Shown here in pieces: positions 59,595 to 64,000 of a DNA stretch of 64,000 nt (the stretch's first letter is position 1; each line of letters begins with the position of its first letter). Position numbers and translations under genes: made by a program. Below the pieces are notes generated by a model. It saw only the letters and a program-made list of their open reading frames with translations, searched no databases and had not been told where the DNA came from. Source of the stretch: a candidate division FCPU426 bacterium. Lineage in GTDB: Bacteria; Oederibacteriota; Muellerivitia; Muellerivitales; Muellerivitaceae. The stretch is taken from positions 121,367 through 185,366 of the forward strand of contig CAVYSE010000001.1 of the NCBI GenBank assembly GCA_963771075.1. The letters are read 5' to 3'.

Positions 59595-61158
59595 GGCCTA
59601 TTTTCAGGTGTCGCCCAACCCAGCCGAAGGACCACTTGGCCGGGGGCCATGTTGTATGCCAAGTCCAATGCAAGATCCGGCCAAAGCAGGCCGCCACCAA
59701 GAACAGCTTTTCCCAGAGGGTGAGGTCTTGCCTCGCTTTGATCTTGGCCCGGATGGCCTTGATCCAGGGGATGCCAGCCATGGTGCCCCAAAACACCGAC
59801 TGGTCGTCGCTCTCAAGGCGACGGCCATGACCTGTCTGTGCCGATACCATAGAGGTATCGGTGCGAGACTCACCAGGATCTGTTTTAGATCCTGGATGGA
59901 CTGTTTCTGGCGTATCGGATGGGGCTGTTTCCCCCGGCAATGGTTCGGACGGTTGGACCCCCTCGACTTTGGGGGAAGTGATTGGGGTTGGGTTGGGTTT
60001 TTCAGAATTGACAGGGGGGTGAGCTGATCGGGCACCTGGGTCCGTCTGGGTGGATTGTGTACCCATACCTTGTTTGGGTTTGGGTACACCCACGGCATGT
60101 CCCTCACCTTGCGGGTTTGGAACAGGGGCTTTCATGGCTTTTAGGTATTCGGCCGCCTGGCCCGAGGCTTCCAGCCGAGGGTCGTGGTTTGGCTGTGCCA
60201 ATTTCGTATGGAAATTGGCGACCTTCTGGGGGGTGTAATCCTCAGGCCGGTAACCGGCCTTAATCCAATTGATGTAGTTCTTGACCTGGGATTCAGTCAT
60301 CTGTTCATCAATAGCCATCTGGAGGGCCTGGTAAACCTTGTCTTGGGTTTCGGAGGGGATGGGGGGGTAGGGCCATAATTTGGGAGGTTCGAGACCCTCG
60401 GCTAGGGCTTTTTGTCTTGCCCCCGGTTTATTGGTAGATTCAGGACCTAAACCGCCCAATCGAGAGAAAGCAATTTCTGAATTTCCCTTATTTTTAGTGG
60501 CCGTATTACGGCCAATCAAATTCCTCGATTTTTCGCTTAAAAGTGGTAATAACCCCAGAGCCCGACTTATCTTTTCACGGTCAAAACCTAAACGATCCTT
60601 AATGCGCCTCGTTGTTGCGTACGGATTGGCCCGGATCAGGTTTTCGATGGCCTGGTAGTCGGCAAACCAGCCCTTATCTACCTTCTCGTTATCCTTGTGG
60701 GTGTAAACCGCCGCGTCTTCATCGTTTAGGACCTTAATTACGCCCCTAATTGTCGGCCATTCAAGTTTCTCGGCCCCAAGGGTACGCAGATGCCCCCCCA
60801 AGATCTCAAAGTTGAAGTCATCCAGCTTCCAGGGCCTAATCACCTGGACCGAAGCCTCAAGCTGAGGTCCACTCTTTAGTTGAGCCGGTTCAATAGGTAA
60901 ACCGGCAACCCCGAGGCTGGGGTCCGTAGGATGAAGCTGAACCCCATTCACCAGGGGCTGGGTGGGGTGGGGGCGGACCGTTATGGCATTCAAAAGGCCG
61001 TTTTCTTTCAGGTCCTCCGCCATCTTATCGATCTGTTCTTGGGTAAAGGCGGGCCCTGGATTGTAGGGGTTAGGCTTGATGTTTTTGAGGGGAATTGGTT
61101 GTTCGCCAGGGAACAACTCAGGCAAAAGAGCTAATACATCTTCGATAGAAACGGACAC
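59380..61158 (-). CDS. ParB/Srx N-terminal domain protein
   Basis: IKPNPYNP..FTQEQIDKMAEDLKENGLLNAITVRP, FEILGGHLR..A..L.W..I, then an HTH-like IKDRLGFDREKISRAL. GTG start with GGAG RBS. Confidence 0.75.
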   Translation of the reverse strand: MSVSIEDVLALLPELFPGEQPIPLKNIKPNPYNPGPAFTQEQIDKMAEDLKENGLLNAITVRPHPTQPLVNGVQLHPTDPSLGVAGLPIEPAQLKSGPQLEASVQVIRPWKLDDFNFEILGGHLRTLGAEKLEWPTIRGVIKVLNDEDAAVYTHKDNEKVDKGWFADYQAIENLIRANPYATTRRIKDRLGFDREKISRALGLLPLLSEKSRNLIGRNTATKNKGNSEIAFSRLGGLGPESTNKPGARQKALAEGLEPPKLWPYPPIPSETQDKVYQALQMAIDEQMTESQVKNYINWIKAGYRPEDYTPQKVANFHTKLAQPNHDPRLEASGQAAEYLKAMKAPVPNPQGEGHAVGVPKPKQGMGTQSTQTDPGARSAHPPVNSEKPNPTPITSPKVEGVQPSEPLPGETAPSDTPETVHPGSKTDPGESRTDTSMVSAQTGHGRRLESDDQSVFWGTMAGIPWIKAIRAKIKARQDLTLWEKLFLVAACFGRILHWTWHTTWPPAKWSFGWVGRHLKIGLERHPEALGGGGGQARQENSPGRGGNRLGGGPGLWALSFLLPPGGAKELVEPGHLWSDPLGRVLGKPLGRR

Positions 61159-61175
61159 AGGGGACTCCTAATACC

Positions 61176-61253
61176 AGTCGATAGCCCGCAGTCCGCAGTC
61201 GACAGCCAGCCTTTAAGGCCTAACTGCCGACCGTCGACTGTCGACCGCCGACT
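61176..61253. repeat. Inverted arrays of 7-nt units (GTCGACA-like) upstream of the ParB-domain gene
   Basis: AGTCGATAGCCCGCAGTCCGCAGTCGACAG(61176-61205) and CTGCCGACCGTCGACTGTCGACCGCCGACT(61224-61253). Confidence 0.75.
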
Positions 61254-61570
61254 TATGGGATTCTCCCCTGGGTTGAAAATAAATCGATCCCATTTTTGAA
61301 TCAATTGGAAAATCGAATGAAAGCGAATATTTGGGTGGTGAACAGGCCTAAAGGGTCAAAATCGGTCAATAATGTTGCAGTTTTTCTGCCGTTTATGGGC
61401 TGCGAACTGTCTCCTGCCTCGAACCTTCAAGGTGAGAGGCGTGGTTTGGTGATCCCAATTGCCATGAGCTATTGGGGCGAACTGTAAACTGATTTTCTGA
61501 AGGGCGCCAGGGAGATTCCAGGAGTACGATGATCAATGACTCCAGGGGAATGTATGGCTTAAAGTGTTGA

Positions 61571-62642
61571 ATGTTGGCCAGGCGCCTTTTTTCTTACAAA
61601 TTTCGACGAATCCGGCGGAAAGTTGAAAAATCCAATAATTACCGGCTCCTGCACATGGCTGTCGCAAAAAGGATGGTGTGCAACCAGTATGACGCGAATG
61701 GTAATGAAACGGCATCCCAAGCGTACAAGTTTTCATGGGACGCTGAGAACAGACTCGTAGGAATGACAAGCCTCAACCCCACCCCTCCCACCGTCCCCGA
61801 TACCTTCACTTTTACTTATGACGGATATGACCGCCGCGTCGGAATTGTTGAATCACACGGATCAACGCTGCTAACCAGCAAGACCTTTGTATGGTGTGGG
61901 TACCAGTTGTGCCAGGAGAGGGACAGCACAGGGCACACCGTAACGAAACGGTTTTTCACTCTTGGGGAACAAATCAACGGAACTAATTACTATTACACCA
62001 AAGACCACTTGGGCAACGTGAGGGAGATGACAGATAGCGGTGGGAACATCCAGGCCAATTATGATTACGACCCCTACGGCAGGCAAAGGCAGATCCAGGG
62101 GACTTTCCAACCCACCTTCGGGTACACTGGGCAATTCCAGGAGACCACCACAGGGCTTAATTTGACGAAGTACCGGGCCTACAATCCGGAAGTTGGGAGA
62201 TGGCTGAACCAGGACCCCATAGGGCAGAGGGCTGGGCCGAATGTGTATGCGTATGCGGGGAATGACCCGATTAACCAACGTGATCCATTAGGAACCGATC
62301 CATTAATTGGGGTTTGGGTTGGTGCTGCCTATGGGTTTATTACTGGTGGATTAAGTGCTTTAGCTTCTGGGGGAACATTAGAAAATACAGTTGCAGCTGC
62401 TGGTATTGGACTAGTTACAGGAGCAGCACTTGGTTTAGTTGATCCCACCCTAGGTGTTGGTACTGTTGCGACATTTGGTGCAGCCGTGGGTGCAATAAGT
62501 GACATAGCTGGGCAAGTAGTAGGAGGTGGAAGAAACCTTTATACCATCGACACAACCTCAACAGTTGTTAATGCTGTTGCTGGTGGAATAGCGGGGGGGG
62601 CTGGCCAATTAGCACTTGGAGCTTTAGGCGGGGCAGAGGCAC
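61571..62642 (+). pseudogene. Orphan RHS-repeat core with a Gly/Ala-rich C-terminal extension, truncated by IS256
   Basis: YDANGN, WDAENRL, YDGYDRR, DHLGNVR, YDPYG, FGYTGQ, RWLNQDPIG, NDPINQRDPLG. There is no normal N-terminus, and the ORF runs into the IS end. Confidence 0.85.
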
Positions 62643-64000
62643 CCCGCGTCAAGAATTTGGGTGTAAATTTTCACGGGCGTCTTAATCAAGCGGCTTGAGC
62701 TTCTGCCTCCTTCCTTGAGGTGTGGACTTTAAGCCTATCCCATCTTTCTTGTTGGGCCTCGGCCACTGCCCAGACCAATTTAGTCAGTTCCAATTCATTC
62801 TGCATCATCCCCGCCGGCCTCAGCCTTCTCCTGAGCCTCCAGGTTGAACCTCTCGATGAGGTTGCTGGAACGAGTAATCAGCCAGTACTTTGGTTTTTCC
62901 CCAAAGAATCGGGTGTAAGCCTCGAATTTTTCCTCCGTCATCTCCACCGCCTTGGGATATGTCCTGGACCACCTGGTCTTGAGGCTTCCCAAAGCTATCA
63001 AGGCTTTTTCCCGGCTTTCGGCCCAGTACACTGCCTTGAAATCGGCCATAAAAGCCTTTTGGTCCTTCCAGGCCACCCGGAAACGGACGTTCTTCATTTT
63101 GTGCACCACGCACAGTTGGTGGGTAACTCCCAAACGTTTTTCGACCGCCGCGATAATCCCGCCATGCGCGTCGGAGACCACCAGCCTCAAGGTTTGGCGG
63201 TCCAATCCTCGGTTCAACAGGTCTTCTACCATGGTTGTCCAGGAAGCTTCACTCTCCCGGTCGCCTACCAGATATCCCAGAAAATGCCGTTTGAGATTCC
63301 CATCCACCCCGATAGCCACCAGCAAGGCTTGTTTCACGCCAGCCTCTTGACGCCTGACTGTCAGGTAAAGCGCATCCAGGTACAGGTATCGGATCCCTTC
63401 GGGTAATGGCCGCTTCTCCCATTCCCGCAACGTGGGTTCCAAGGCGTTGGTCATCTGGCTGATGTGGCTGGCCGTCCATTTCGTTCCAAAGGCCTCGTTC
63501 ATCCCCGCCGCTACCGACCGGGTGGAAGCCCCTTTCAGCCAGAAATTCATTCCCAGGTAACCCATCAGGGCTTGGCTGCCTTCCCTCAAGGCTTTCAAAG
63601 TCTCGGAAACGAACCCTTTGCCCTTCCTCAAAACTGGTTTTCTCAATTCCAATCGGCCTAAAAATCCAGGCACGAAAACCTGCTTGAAACCATTACGGTA
63701 ACGGGGTTTTTCCTGTCTTTCGTAGGGTTGGCTACCCAAGAACTCGTCCCGTTCCTTCTCCAATTGGGTATTGAAAGCCTCGGAAAGCTGCTGGTTGAGA
63801 GCCTCGCCGACCCATTGGCCGATCTGTCGGCTTCCGACCGCCGACTTGACCATGGCTTGGGTTTTCTCCCTTGCCAAGGCCTCTAAGGCTAGGTGTATAT
63901 TCTTCATGGGCGTAACGTCCTTTCACAAAAGGGATATGGTGTCGTGAACAAACACCATGTTACGCCCGCTTCTTTTTACACCCTTAAATTTTACGCGGCC
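62643..64000 (-). mobile_element. IS256-family insertion sequence
   Basis: Imperfect terminal IRs CCGCGTCAAGAATTTGGGTGTAAA (~62644) and TTTACACCCTTAAATTTTACGCGG (~63975-63998). The right end reaches the window edge, so no target duplication is visible. Confidence 0.88.
62686..63907 (-). CDS. IS256 (Mutator-like) DDE transposase; apparent frameshift at ~62837
   Basis: YRNG, G.STR, YLYLDAL, AIGVD, ESE..W...L.RGL, VSDAH.G, HQLC.VH, SNLIERFN. Removing one G restores ELRRR and a stop at 62686. Confidence 0.92.

Noticed and set aside
59380..61158. Canonical parABS partition locus
   Set aside because: There is no parA, no parS-type palindrome was seen, and the protein has a long membrane-associated C-terminus.
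1..64000. tRNA, rRNA, integrase, reverse transcriptase or DGR
   Set aside because: No recognisable signatures were seen by eye. A covariance-model scan would be needed to exclude small RNAs fully.

Overview
This is a GC-rich bacterial chromosomal window from a diderm (LptF/G, LptD and two PorV/PorQ-like barrels are present). The gene families suggest a poorly characterised lineage. The Thr-X-rich surface protein, PorV/PorQ-like barrels and DUF2298/TIGR03663 genes recall candidate FCPU426-type genomes, but this is inference only. Contents from left to right: (1) an operon of a secreted FecR protein, a FecR-beta-barrel fusion and a Thr-repeat/LRR lipoprotein. (2) A higBA toxin-antitoxin module bracketed by 34-bp direct repeats. 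(3) A ~15.5-kb polyprenol-sugar/GT-C glycosylation cluster (GT2, PMT-like plus DUF2298, second DUF2298, two NHL propellers, DPM1-like synthase, TIGR03663/Agl23-like). (4) Envelope genes, uvrA, a Crp/Fnr regulator and a polyprenyl synthase. (5) An 11-subunit complex I operon lacking nuoEFG. (6) A ccsA-hemA...hemC-cobA/hemD tetrapyrrole operon interrupted by ~6.5 kb holding three tandem TPR-ATP-grasp paralogues, a hypothetical gene and serC. (7) A probable ParB-N/transmembrane/PDZ-like gene containing in-frame REP-like repeats, an orphan RHS core truncated by IS256, and the IS256 itself. About ten single-base frameshifts in otherwise intact genes most likely reflect sequencing indels. I saw no rRNA, tRNA or CRISPR array. 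The best candidates for undescribed systems are the TPR-ATP-grasp x3/serC insert, the membrane-anchored ParB-PDZ protein, and the GT-C cluster together with its candidate Thr-rich substrate.
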